Positions 56,179 to 64,000 of a stretch of 64,000 nucleotides of DNA are shown here, piece by piece (position 1 is the first letter of the stretch; every line of letters begins with the position of its first letter). A program made the translations under genes and the position numbers. The notes under the pieces were generated by a model. That model saw only the letters and a program-made list of their open reading frames with translations, was not told where the DNA came from and did not search any database. The DNA is from Bacillota bacterium (GTDB taxonomy: Bacteria; Bacillota; Clostridia; Christensenellales; SZUA-584). The stretch covers positions 129,023-193,022 of the forward strand of contig JAEZKQ010000026.1 of assembly GCA_023436115.1 (NCBI GenBank), read 5' to 3'.

Positions 56179-57678
56179 TTATTCTTCTGTCAGCTCTTTT
56201 GTGTCCGTCGTTGGGTTTGCATTCATCATATCCTGATAGAGCGAGGCATAGGCTTGCGCGCTTTTCCTAAAGCTTAAATCCTGCGCCATCGCATTTTTCT
56301 GCAGTTTGCGAAATGCCTCATTGCTTTTGTATATACTCAGCGCGTAACGCACCGTATCCAGCATTTCATGCGCGTTATAGTTTGCGAAAGAGAAACCATT
56401 GCCTTCCCCTGTATGCTCATTATACGGCATCACCGTATCTTTCAACCCGCCCGTTTCGCGGACAATGGGCAGCGTTCCGTAACGAAGCGAAATCATCTGC
56501 GACAAGCCGCAGGGTTCAAACCGCGAGGGCATCAGAAAAAGATCGCATCCGGCATAGATTTTATGAGCCAGCGATTCATCAAATTTGATTATGCCGTTTG
56601 CGCGGCCGCCCCATTTATGCCACGCATCTCTAAAATAGTTTTCATATTCGGCATCGCCCGTGCCCAACAGCACAAAGCCCACATCTTCCCTCATCATCTG
56701 TTCTATCACGTGTTGCACGAGGTCAAGGCCCTTTTGCTTGGTCAGCCGAGATACCATAGCGATTAGTGGTGTGTCGGGCCCGACTTTCAGCCCCAGCTCA
56801 CCGATCAATGCTTCCTTATTCTTTTGCTTCTCATCAAGCATATTTTCATCGTAATTATGAGCAATCAAAGTATCAGCTGCCGGATTAAACACATTCGTAT
56901 CGATACCGTTGAGTATACCCACAAGGTCTTTCTCACGTACGTTTAAAATACCGTCTAATCCTTCTCCATAATACGGCGTTCTGATTTCCTGCGCGTATGT
57001 AGGACTGACTGTCACGAGTTTATCGGCAAATACAATGCCGCCTTTTAAGAAATTGGCACTGCCGTAATATTCGAAGTACTCGGGGTGATAATAGCGCTTA
57101 TCAATACCCAGCAGTTCCGAGACAAAACCAAAATCGAAACGTCCCTGATAGCCAAGGCTATGCAGCGAAAGCACCGTTTTGCTGTGTCCCTGCGGACGCG
57201 GCAGATACTGCGTTTTAAGCAGCATGGGTATCATCGCGGTATGCCAGTCGTTCACGTGGATGATGTCCGGTACAAACCCCGTCATCGGCAGGGCTTCCAG
57301 TACAGCACGGCAGAAGAACGCATACTGCTCGCCTTCAAATGTGCCGCCGCGGTAAATCATATGCCCAAAATAATATTCATTATCGATAAAATAGATGGGT
57401 ATACCGTCCCAGTCATAAAGCTCTAGGCCCACATACTGCGTACGCCATCCCAGTTCCACCGAGAAGCTGGCCAAATGCTTGACTTTATCTTTATAGCTGT
57501 CCTTTATGATGCGATGAAACGGCAAAACCAAACGAATATCAAATCCTAAGTCTTTAAGCTCACGGGACAGCGTACCCATCACGTCGGCAAGGCCGCCTGT
57601 CTTTGCAAACGGCGCGCATTCCGCTCCGCACATGAGTACGCTTGGCTTTATAACCGTCTGAGTCACATCGTTCATCAT
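56179..57678 (-). CDS. glgA: Glycogen synthase (ADP-glucose type)
   Basis: ECAPFAKTGGLADV N-terminal motif. GT5 size. TAATG overlap with the glgD stop. Confidence 0.92.
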   Translation of the reverse strand: MMNDVTQTVIKPSVLMCGAECAPFAKTGGLADVMGTLSRELKDLGFDIRLVLPFHRIIKDSYKDKVKHLASFSVELGWRTQYVGLELYDWDGIPIYFIDNEYYFGHMIYRGGTFEGEQYAFFCRAVLEALPMTGFVPDIIHVNDWHTAMIPMLLKTQYLPRPQGHSKTVLSLHSLGYQGRFDFGFVSELLGIDKRYYHPEYFEYYGSANFLKGGIVFADKLVTVSPTYAQEIRTPYYGEGLDGILNVREKDLVGILNGIDTNVFNPAADTLIAHNYDENMLDEKQKNKEALIGELGLKVGPDTPLIAMVSRLTKQKGLDLVQHVIEQMMREDVGFVLLGTGDAEYENYFRDAWHKWGGRANGIIKFDESLAHKIYAGCDLFLMPSRFEPCGLSQMISLRYGTLPIVRETGGLKDTVMPYNEHTGEGNGFSFANYNAHEMLDTVRYALSIYKSNEAFRKLQKNAMAQDLSFRKSAQAYASLYQDMMNANPTTDTKELTEE

Positions 57679-58805
57679 TACAGCACCGATCCTTTTCTTA
57701 TGATACTGGGATAGCTTATATCCCCGGCAAGACGGCGTCCCTCACGGATATGGCAGTTCTTATCCGCGATCACATGCTCAAGCGTGCAGTTCTCATCAAT
57801 ATCACACTCTTGCATAATGATGCAGCCCTTTATCTTGGTGCCCTTGCCCACATGCACACCGCGGAACAGCATGCTGTCCTCCACCTCACCGTCTATCACA
57901 CAGCCGTTGGCAAGCAGGCTGTTTTTAACGGATGCGTTCTCGCCGTATTTCACGGGCGCTTCGTCCTTGATTTTCGTATAAACAGGGTTGCCGGTATAGA
58001 ACAGATCTTGTTGCACATCGGATCTTAACATATCGATATTGAGCTGGTAATAAGAGTTGATGGAATCCAGCCGCCCCACATAGCCCTCATGCTCCAAAGC
58101 CAAAATTCGCAGATTGCTCACGTTTTTCATCAGCGCGTCACTGATAAAGTCAAAATTGCCGTGCGCCACCGAGCGGTCAACAAGATATTCAAGCAAGCTT
58201 TTGTGTATCAGAAACACATCCATGCTGATCTTATCCGAGCTGGAGTATTTAAAGTTGTAATCCATCTCGGTCACCCAGCCCTCCTCATCGGTGAACAGCC
58301 TTAAATCACGGCTTGTTTCCACATGCTCGGGATCCCTCTTTTCTACATTATAAAGCAGCGTAATATCCGCTTTTTTATCGATATGGCTTTTGAGCATTTT
58401 GTTATATGTGGACGTAAAAATGGTGCTCACGCCTGACATGAGACAAAACGGCTGCGACGCGCGTTTTATATATGACATATTACTCTTTATCGCGTCTGTG
58501 AGGCCGCGGTATATGCCTGTATTTTCGGCATTGTCAAACGGAGGCAGTATAAAAAGCCCGTCCGTTTTGCGGCTTAAGTCCCACTCCTTGCCTGAACCCA
58601 CATGATCCATCAGCGACTGGTAATTCTTTTGCGTGATAATGCCCACATTGCGTATACCGCTATTAACGATGTTGGATAAGTGAAAATCGATGGCGCGGTA
58701 TCGCCCGCCCACAGGCAGCGCTGCAATGGAGCGCGCCAGCACAAGCTCTCGCAGATTATGATTTTCTTCGCCCGCATAAATAAGCCCAAATACGTCTTTA
58801 ATCAT
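57678..58805 (-). CDS. glgD: Glucose-1-phosphate adenylyltransferase regulatory subunit GlgD
   Basis: GlgC paralogue lacking the catalytic N-terminal GGxGxRL motif. ATG 58805 forms an ATGA overlap with the glgC stop. Confidence 0.85.
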   Translation of the reverse strand: MIKDVFGLIYAGEENHNLRELVLARSIAALPVGGRYRAIDFHLSNIVNSGIRNVGIITQKNYQSLMDHVGSGKEWDLSRKTDGLFILPPFDNAENTGIYRGLTDAIKSNMSYIKRASQPFCLMSGVSTIFTSTYNKMLKSHIDKKADITLLYNVEKRDPEHVETSRDLRLFTDEEGWVTEMDYNFKYSSSDKISMDVFLIHKSLLEYLVDRSVAHGNFDFISDALMKNVSNLRILALEHEGYVGRLDSINSYYQLNIDMLRSDVQQDLFYTGNPVYTKIKDEAPVKYGENASVKNSLLANGCVIDGEVEDSMLFRGVHVGKGTKIKGCIIMQECDIDENCTLEHVIADKNCHIREGRRLAGDISYPSIIRKGSVL

Positions 58806-60022
58806 ACCCCCGCCTCGCTTTCCACTCTGCATATATTCATTAAGCAAACGCTGTCCGGTTCAACGGACTCGCCCTGATTTATTGTGGCTGCGTTTTTGAT
58901 TCTTACCCCCTGGCCAATCACAGTGATTTTTTCGTCACCGCCTATGGCACAGCTGCTGCCGATCACCACATCTTCGTCGATGATGGCGCGCGTGATCACG
59001 CTGTCTTCCCCGACAACGGTGTTCTGCATGATGATGCTGTCCTTCACGTAAGCGCCTTTTTCTATCGTCACTTCGGGAAACAATACGCAATGTTCTACAA
59101 CTCCGTCAATACGGCAGCCTTCGGATACAAAGCTTTTGTTAATTTGCGCATTGTCGCCCACATAATGCGGCGGCTGATTGGGGTTTCTGGAAAACACCTT
59201 CCATGCCGGATCATGCAGATTCAGCTCGCTGCGTCCGCTGAGCAATTCCATGTTGGCTTCCCAAAGGCTGTCGATTGTCCCGACATCTTTCCAATAGCCC
59301 TTAAAGCGGTATGCGAATATCATCTCATTGGCATCAAGCATTTTGGGTATGATATCCTTGCCAAAATCGTTGGACGAAGAAGCGTCCTCACTGTCAGCCT
59401 GCAAATATCTCTTGACCTTTTTCCAATTGAAAATGTAAACGCCCATTGAAGCCAGGTTGCTTTTTGGATGTTTGGGCTTCTCTTCAAAGTCCATCACGCG
59501 CTGCGTTTCGTCTGTATTCATAATGCCGTAGCGCGGTGCATCCTCGATAGGTACTTCAATCACAGCAATGGTCGCGTCTGCCTCCGTCTGAATATGAAAC
59601 TTGAGCATGGCGTTATAGTCCATCTTATAGATATGATCGCCCGAAAGCACAAGTAAATAATCCGGACTGAATTTCTCAATAAAGAAGGTGTTCTGATGGA
59701 TCGCGTTGGCCGTACCCGAATACCATTCGCCTCGCTCAGATTTTAAATACGGCGGCAGTATGTAAACGCCCCCCGTGTTGCTGTCCAAATCCCAAGGCGC
59801 ACCTGTGCTGATATACGAGTTAAGTTCCAGCGGCTGATATTGCGTTAATACACCCACTGTGTCGATACCGGAGTTGGTGCAGTTGGAAAGCGGGAAATCG
59901 ATAATTTTATATTTGCCGCCGTAAGGCACGGCAGGTTTAGCGCGTGTTTTCGTGAGTACCCCAAGGCGCGCTCCCTGGCCTCCCGCAAGCAGCATGGCGA
60001 TGCATTTTTTCTTATTGATCAT
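58802..60022 (-). CDS. glgC: Glucose-1-phosphate adenylyltransferase
   Basis: [14 protein letters not shown] and [11 protein letters not shown] motifs. The start overlaps the glgB stop. Confidence 0.92.
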   Translation of the reverse strand: MINKKKCIAMLLAGGQGARLGVLTKTRAKPAVPYGGKYKIIDFPLSNCTNSGIDTVGVLTQYQPLELNSYISTGAPWDLDSNTGGVYILPPYLKSERGEWYSGTANAIHQNTFFIEKFSPDYLLVLSGDHIYKMDYNAMLKFHIQTEADATIAVIEVPIEDAPRYGIMNTDETQRVMDFEEKPKHPKSNLASMGVYIFNWKKVKRYLQADSEDASSSNDFGKDIIPKMLDANEMIFAYRFKGYWKDVGTIDSLWEANMELLSGRSELNLHDPAWKVFSRNPNQPPHYVGDNAQINKSFVSEGCRIDGVVEHCVLFPEVTIEKGAYVKDSIIMQNTVVGEDSVITRAIIDEDVVIGSSCAIGGDEKITVIGQGVRIKNAATINQGESVEPDSVCLMNICRVESEAGV

Positions 60023-61983
60023 ATCTTATTACCTCGCTTTACAGGAATATCGCTAAAATCATAGTAGACGGCAGATAGCGGCGGCAGCGATATCTCCGCG
60101 CTGTAAGGCAGGCCTCCAAAGCCCTCCTGTCTGACCGCAATAGGCTTATTATCCCTGCCTTCGCCGCCAAAAGCCGTGCTATCGCTCGAGAACGCTTCGC
60201 GCAACATGCCTTCATACGGCAGGCCGATCCTAAAATGATCGATGTTAACAGGCGTAAAATTAAATGCACAGACGCAGCTTTGCGCCGCACCGCCCGCACT
60301 GCGCCGCATAAAGCAAAGCGCGCTTTTCTGTGCGTCGTCCACATTGAGCCACATGAAACCGTCCCAGCTGTCGTCCACCTCATACAGCGCTGGGCTCTGT
60401 GTATAAAAAGCATTAAGAGCTTTCACATACTTTTGCATCTGCCTGTGGCGTTCATAGTCCAGCAGGAACCAGTCGAGCTGCTTCTTCTCATCCCATTCTA
60501 TAAATTGACCGAACTCGCTGCCCATAAACAAGAGTTTTTTACCCGGATGCGCGTACATAAACCCAAGCAGTGCGCGAAGCGAGGCGAATTTTTCATCATA
60601 TGTACCGAACATCTTGTTTAGAAGCGATTTTTTCCCGTGAACCACTTCGTCATGGGAGTAAGGCAGTATGAAATTCTCGGAGAATGCGTAACACATCGAA
60701 AAAGTCAGCTTGTTATGATGGAACTGGCGGAAATAATGATCCATGGACATATAATCGAGCGTGTCGTGCATAAAGCCCATATTCCACTTGAAAACAAAGC
60801 CAAGGCCGCCGTCGTAGGGCGGCTTTGTGATGCTCGGGTACGATGTGGATTCCTCAGCAATAGTCAAAGCGCCAGGATAACGCGTGAGTATCACGGCGTT
60901 TAGCTTTTTTAAAAAAGCCACGGCATGAAGATCGATATTGCCACCGTGCTCGTTGGGCACATACTCGCCTTCGTTTCGCGCATAGTTTAAATACAGCATC
61001 GAGGTCACCGCGTCCACACGGATACCGTCAACATGGTACACATCAAAAAACATCATCGCGCTGGACACGAGGAAGCTGACTACCTCGGGTCGCGAATAAT
61101 TGAATATCAGCGTTCCCCACTGGGGGTGATTGGCCTGCATGGGGTTTTGATGTTCAAAAAGGCAAGTACCATCAAAACGCGCCAGTCCGTGCTCATCCTT
61201 TGGGAAATGCGCGGGCACCCAGTCCAAGATCACACCGATACCCTTGGCGTGCATGGTGTCTACGAAATACATATAGTCCTGCGGCGTCCCGTAGCGGCTC
61301 GTCACCGCATAAAAACCCGTTACCTGATAACCCCACGATCCGTCAAACGGGTATTCCGTAATTGGGAGCAGCTCCACATGGGTAAAGCCCATCTCCACAA
61401 GATAGTCGCTTAAGGAGTCCGCTATTTCTCTTAAGCTGGCAAAATTATATCCTTCCTTGGTACGCCATGAACCCAAGTGCATTTCATAAATGCACATAGG
61501 CCGTCTTTGCACATCCCGCGTAGCACGGCGCTCCATATAAGCGCTGTCCTGCCACATGTAATTAAGCGACCAGACCTTAGACGCTGTAGCGGGCCTCACC
61601 TCAGCGTGAAAAGCAAACGGATCGGCCTTGTAAACCGTCTTACCGTCGCAACCTACGATACAGTATTTATAACAATCGCCATCTTTTAAGCCCGATACAA
61701 AAGCGACATAAACGCCCTGATGAAGCTTCTCCATCGGGTTACTTGACGGATCCCAGTTGTTGAAATCACCCACAACGCTGACCTTACGCGCATTGGGCGC
61801 ATAAACCATAAAGCGATGGGCATTTAATTCGCTTATATGATGACATCCGAAAACGGCATAGGCTTGCTGTGCTTCTCCGATATTGAACAGGTATATCTCA
61901 TCCATATCGATAAGTTTTTCATAATCCTGCATAGAAACACACATCCTTTGTATCGTTAGACTATATCCTTCTTTGTTTGCCAA
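60019..61983 (-). CDS. glgB: 1,4-alpha-glucan branching enzyme
   Basis: GH13_9 motifs: [33 protein letters not shown]. The start may be 61932 (MQDYEK...). Confidence 0.92.
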   Translation of the reverse strand: MANKEGYSLTIQRMCVSMQDYEKLIDMDEIYLFNIGEAQQAYAVFGCHHISELNAHRFMVYAPNARKVSVVGDFNNWDPSSNPMEKLHQGVYVAFVSGLKDGDCYKYCIVGCDGKTVYKADPFAFHAEVRPATASKVWSLNYMWQDSAYMERRATRDVQRRPMCIYEMHLGSWRTKEGYNFASLREIADSLSDYLVEMGFTHVELLPITEYPFDGSWGYQVTGFYAVTSRYGTPQDYMYFVDTMHAKGIGVILDWVPAHFPKDEHGLARFDGTCLFEHQNPMQANHPQWGTLIFNYSRPEVVSFLVSSAMMFFDVYHVDGIRVDAVTSMLYLNYARNEGEYVPNEHGGNIDLHAVAFLKKLNAVILTRYPGALTIAEESTSYPSITKPPYDGGLGFVFKWNMGFMHDTLDYMSMDHYFRQFHHNKLTFSMCYAFSENFILPYSHDEVVHGKKSLLNKMFGTYDEKFASLRALLGFMYAHPGKKLLFMGSEFGQFIEWDEKKQLDWFLLDYERHRQMQKYVKALNAFYTQSPALYEVDDSWDGFMWLNVDDAQKSALCFMRRSAGGAAQSCVCAFNFTPVNIDHFRIGLPYEGMLREAFSSDSTAFGGEGRDNKPIAVRQEGFGGLPYSAEISLPPLSAVYYDFSDIPVKRGNKI

Positions 61984-62066
61984 TACTATTCGACTTAAGT
62001 AAACTTTTTCCCTCTATTTTCGCTACCAGACAAGTATGCTTTTGTTAAAACAACTTAAAAATTGAT

Positions 62067-63545
62067 CTAGTAAGCGCCATTCCTTCCGTAAATCTGCGTG
62101 AGCTTTTTTAAATTCTGCATGGCTGTATCTTGTAACTCTTCGGGTTTAAGCCGCCACCGCCAATACCCTTGAGCCTCTTGCGGACGGTTCATTCTCGCGG
62201 ACGAGCCCAGCCCCAAAATATCCTGCATGGGTATGATGCAAACATCCGCCACAGAGCTCATCGCCAGGCGTATGAGCTGCCAATGAATAGACGCATCGTC
62301 AACGCTCCCCAAATACTCGGCTAAAAAGCGTTTCTCGCCCTCACCCAGCGTGCTATACCATCCAACCGTTGTATCATTATCATGTGTGCCCGTATAGACG
62401 ATGCAGTTCTTATCGTACCGATGAGGAAGATATATGCTCCCGCCATCCTCATCAAACGCAAAGTGGAGCACCTTAAGCCCCGGAAAACCCGTCTCACGGA
62501 GCAAATCAAAAACACCCTGCGTTAAAAATCCCAGATCTTCGGCGATGAGCGGCAAATTGCCCAGTGCTTGTTGGAGCGCATCGAAAAAATCCATACCCGG
62601 CCCTTGGCACCAGCAGCCGCACTCAGCCGTCAGGGCGTCTTCGGGTATGGCGTAATAGGCCTCGAAGGCACGAAAATGATCGATACGCAGATAATCGTAA
62701 AGTGTAAGCTGGTGCGCAATGCGTTTTATCCACCAATCATAGCCTGTTTCCTTAAGCACATCCCAATCATAAACAGGATTGCCCCAAAGCTGACCCGTTT
62801 CCGAAAAGTAGTCCGGGGGACATCCGGCCACGCGGCCTTGTTTGTCGAGTATACGCCCCAGTGTCCACGCATCCGCGCTGTCGGGCGCCACATAGATGGG
62901 CATATCACCGATAATGTGCACGCCGAGCTGCGTCGCATAGCTGTGCAGCTTTTCCCACTGGCAGAAGAATAAGTACTGAACAAATATATGATAATTGATC
63001 TGCTCTTTTAACCGTATTTCCGCTTGCTTGATGGCATCCTCTTGCCGTTGTGAGAGCACTTCGGGCCACTCCCAAAACGGACACATATCGTTTTCGGCCT
63101 TGACAGCCATAAAAAGCGCGAAGTCACTGAGCCAGAACGCATGCTTTTGCGCAAAAGCCGCTACTGGCTCTGACAAGCGCTCCGCGGAAAACTGCCATGC
63201 AGCTTCGAGTATTTTTTGCTTGCCTATGAATTGCGCATAATAATCCACTTCACCGTCATTGCCGCCGAAAAGCTCTTCGCAGTGTTCCAGCGCTTCACCG
63301 GGAATCAAACCGTCGTTGTAAAGATCGTCAAAGTCTATGAAATACGGATTGCCCGCAAACGCGCTGAACGCCTGATAAGGTGAATCACCGTAACCCGTGG
63401 GCGATGCGGGCAGTATCTGCCAGTACATTTGCCCGTTCTGTGCAAGCAAATCTATAAAATCACGCGCACATTGCCCCAGCGTGCCGATTCCGAACCGTCC
63501 GGGCAGTGATGAAATACCAAGTAGTATACCGCTTCCTCTTTCCAT
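62067..63545 (-). CDS. malQ: 4-alpha-glucanotransferase (amylomaltase, GH77)
   Basis: GILLGISSLP, SPYQAFSAFAGNPYFI, RIDHFRAF, IAEDLG and YTGTHDN motifs. Confidence 0.92.
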   Translation of the reverse strand: MERGSGILLGISSLPGRFGIGTLGQCARDFIDLLAQNGQMYWQILPASPTGYGDSPYQAFSAFAGNPYFIDFDDLYNDGLIPGEALEHCEELFGGNDGEVDYYAQFIGKQKILEAAWQFSAERLSEPVAAFAQKHAFWLSDFALFMAVKAENDMCPFWEWPEVLSQRQEDAIKQAEIRLKEQINYHIFVQYLFFCQWEKLHSYATQLGVHIIGDMPIYVAPDSADAWTLGRILDKQGRVAGCPPDYFSETGQLWGNPVYDWDVLKETGYDWWIKRIAHQLTLYDYLRIDHFRAFEAYYAIPEDALTAECGCWCQGPGMDFFDALQQALGNLPLIAEDLGFLTQGVFDLLRETGFPGLKVLHFAFDEDGGSIYLPHRYDKNCIVYTGTHDNDTTVGWYSTLGEGEKRFLAEYLGSVDDASIHWQLIRLAMSSVADVCIIPMQDILGLGSSARMNRPQEAQGYWRWRLKPEELQDTAMQNLKKLTQIYGRNGAY

Positions 63546-63556
63546 ACCGCCTCCTT

Positions 63557-64000
63557 CTAGCTGCCGCTTCGACAGGCTGTGCCGGCGATAAACGTTTTAA
63601 CAGTCTGCGTGGTCAGCGGCGCGCGATATGCGCCCATCGTCGATGCATTGAATGCATAGCGGGCATATGCGTAGTCGATGGTGTCTTTAGAGAACATTCC
63701 GCCCAACGCGCTTTGTATCAGGTCTACGCAAATAGCGTCCCCCGAACCCGTGGTATCTGGCGTCTTGATATTGTTGGCGGGTATATAGCCCGTATAATCC
63801 TTGCAGTCTGCGCATTCGCCATGCGCACCCGGCTGCATGCTCACATTTGCCGTACCTGCCTTAGCCTCTTCAATACCAAGGCCGTTCGTCACATAAACGT
63901 TTTCCATCTCATTGAGAATAAAAAAGTCGATGTATGGCAAAAAGCGTTTCACGCCTAGCCTTGCATCGCCCTTCTGAACAAAAATATTCGCAAACGTCTT
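63557..64000 (-). CDS. PfkB-family carbohydrate kinase, C-terminal part (gene continues beyond window end)
   Basis: DTTGSGDAI, the PfkB ATP-site signature, lies near the C-terminus. The frame remains open to the window edge. Confidence 0.6.
   Translation of the reverse strand, partial: KTFANIFVQKGDARLGVKRFLPYIDFFILNEMENVYVTNGLGIEEAKAGTANVSMQPGAHGECADCKDYTGYIPANNIKTPDTTGSGDAICVDLIQSALGGMFSKDTIDYAYARYAFNASTMGAYRAPLTTQTVKTFIAGTACRSGS

Noticed and set aside
1-64000. CRISPR arrays, IS elements/transposases, integrases, rRNA genes and toxin-antitoxin or other defence cassettes
   Set aside because: No regularly spaced direct repeats, no DDE/tyrosine/serine recombinase-like ORFs and no rRNA-like sequence were noticed on either strand. 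Absence is by visual inspection only.

Overview
This window is a chromosomal segment from a spore-forming Firmicute that looks Clostridia-like. The evidence is yabP/yabQ/divIC, a SpoVB/MurJ-type flippase, glgD, T-box leaders and strong GGAGG-type ribosome binding sites (RBS). No finer taxonomic assignment is possible by eye. Most genes are on the minus strand and are housekeeping. In order: leuC'/leuA behind a T-box; membrane pyrophosphatase; a four-gene tRNA operon (Leu-Gly-Gly-Lys); icd; gpmI-tpiA-pgk; trmL; flippase-mazG-hup; secA-prfB; yabP-yabQ-divIC; a four-subunit 2-oxoacid:ferredoxin oxidoreductase; a T-box-controlled ilvN-ilvC-cimA-leuB-ilvD-ilvB operon; and a large glycogen/alpha-glucan cluster (malQ-glgB-glgC-glgD-glgA-glgP-GH13-pgm). 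The only clearly accessory stretch is about 5.9-19.7 kb. It holds a roughly 13 kb co-directional siphovirus-type tail gene module: terminator-like protein, major tail protein, G/GT chaperone, tape measure, Dit, Tal-like protein, and three paralogous fibre/receptor-binding proteins (RBP). It sits directly beside the 3' end of tRNA-Lys. No capsid, portal, terminase, integrase, repressor or lysis genes occur in it or in the flanking kilobases. I flag it as a candidate head-less, F-type tailocin-like or domesticated tail system; the alternative is an unusually intact prophage remnant. A second item worth checking is a promoter / structured leader / terminator unit upstream of a small zinc-ribbon ORF at about 41.7 kb. 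I saw no CRISPR array, rRNA, transposase/IS or integrase. All homology calls rest on motif recognition by eye in the translated ORFs, with no searches or computed statistics. Many ORFs in the supplied track are antisense shadows of conserved genes and were discarded.
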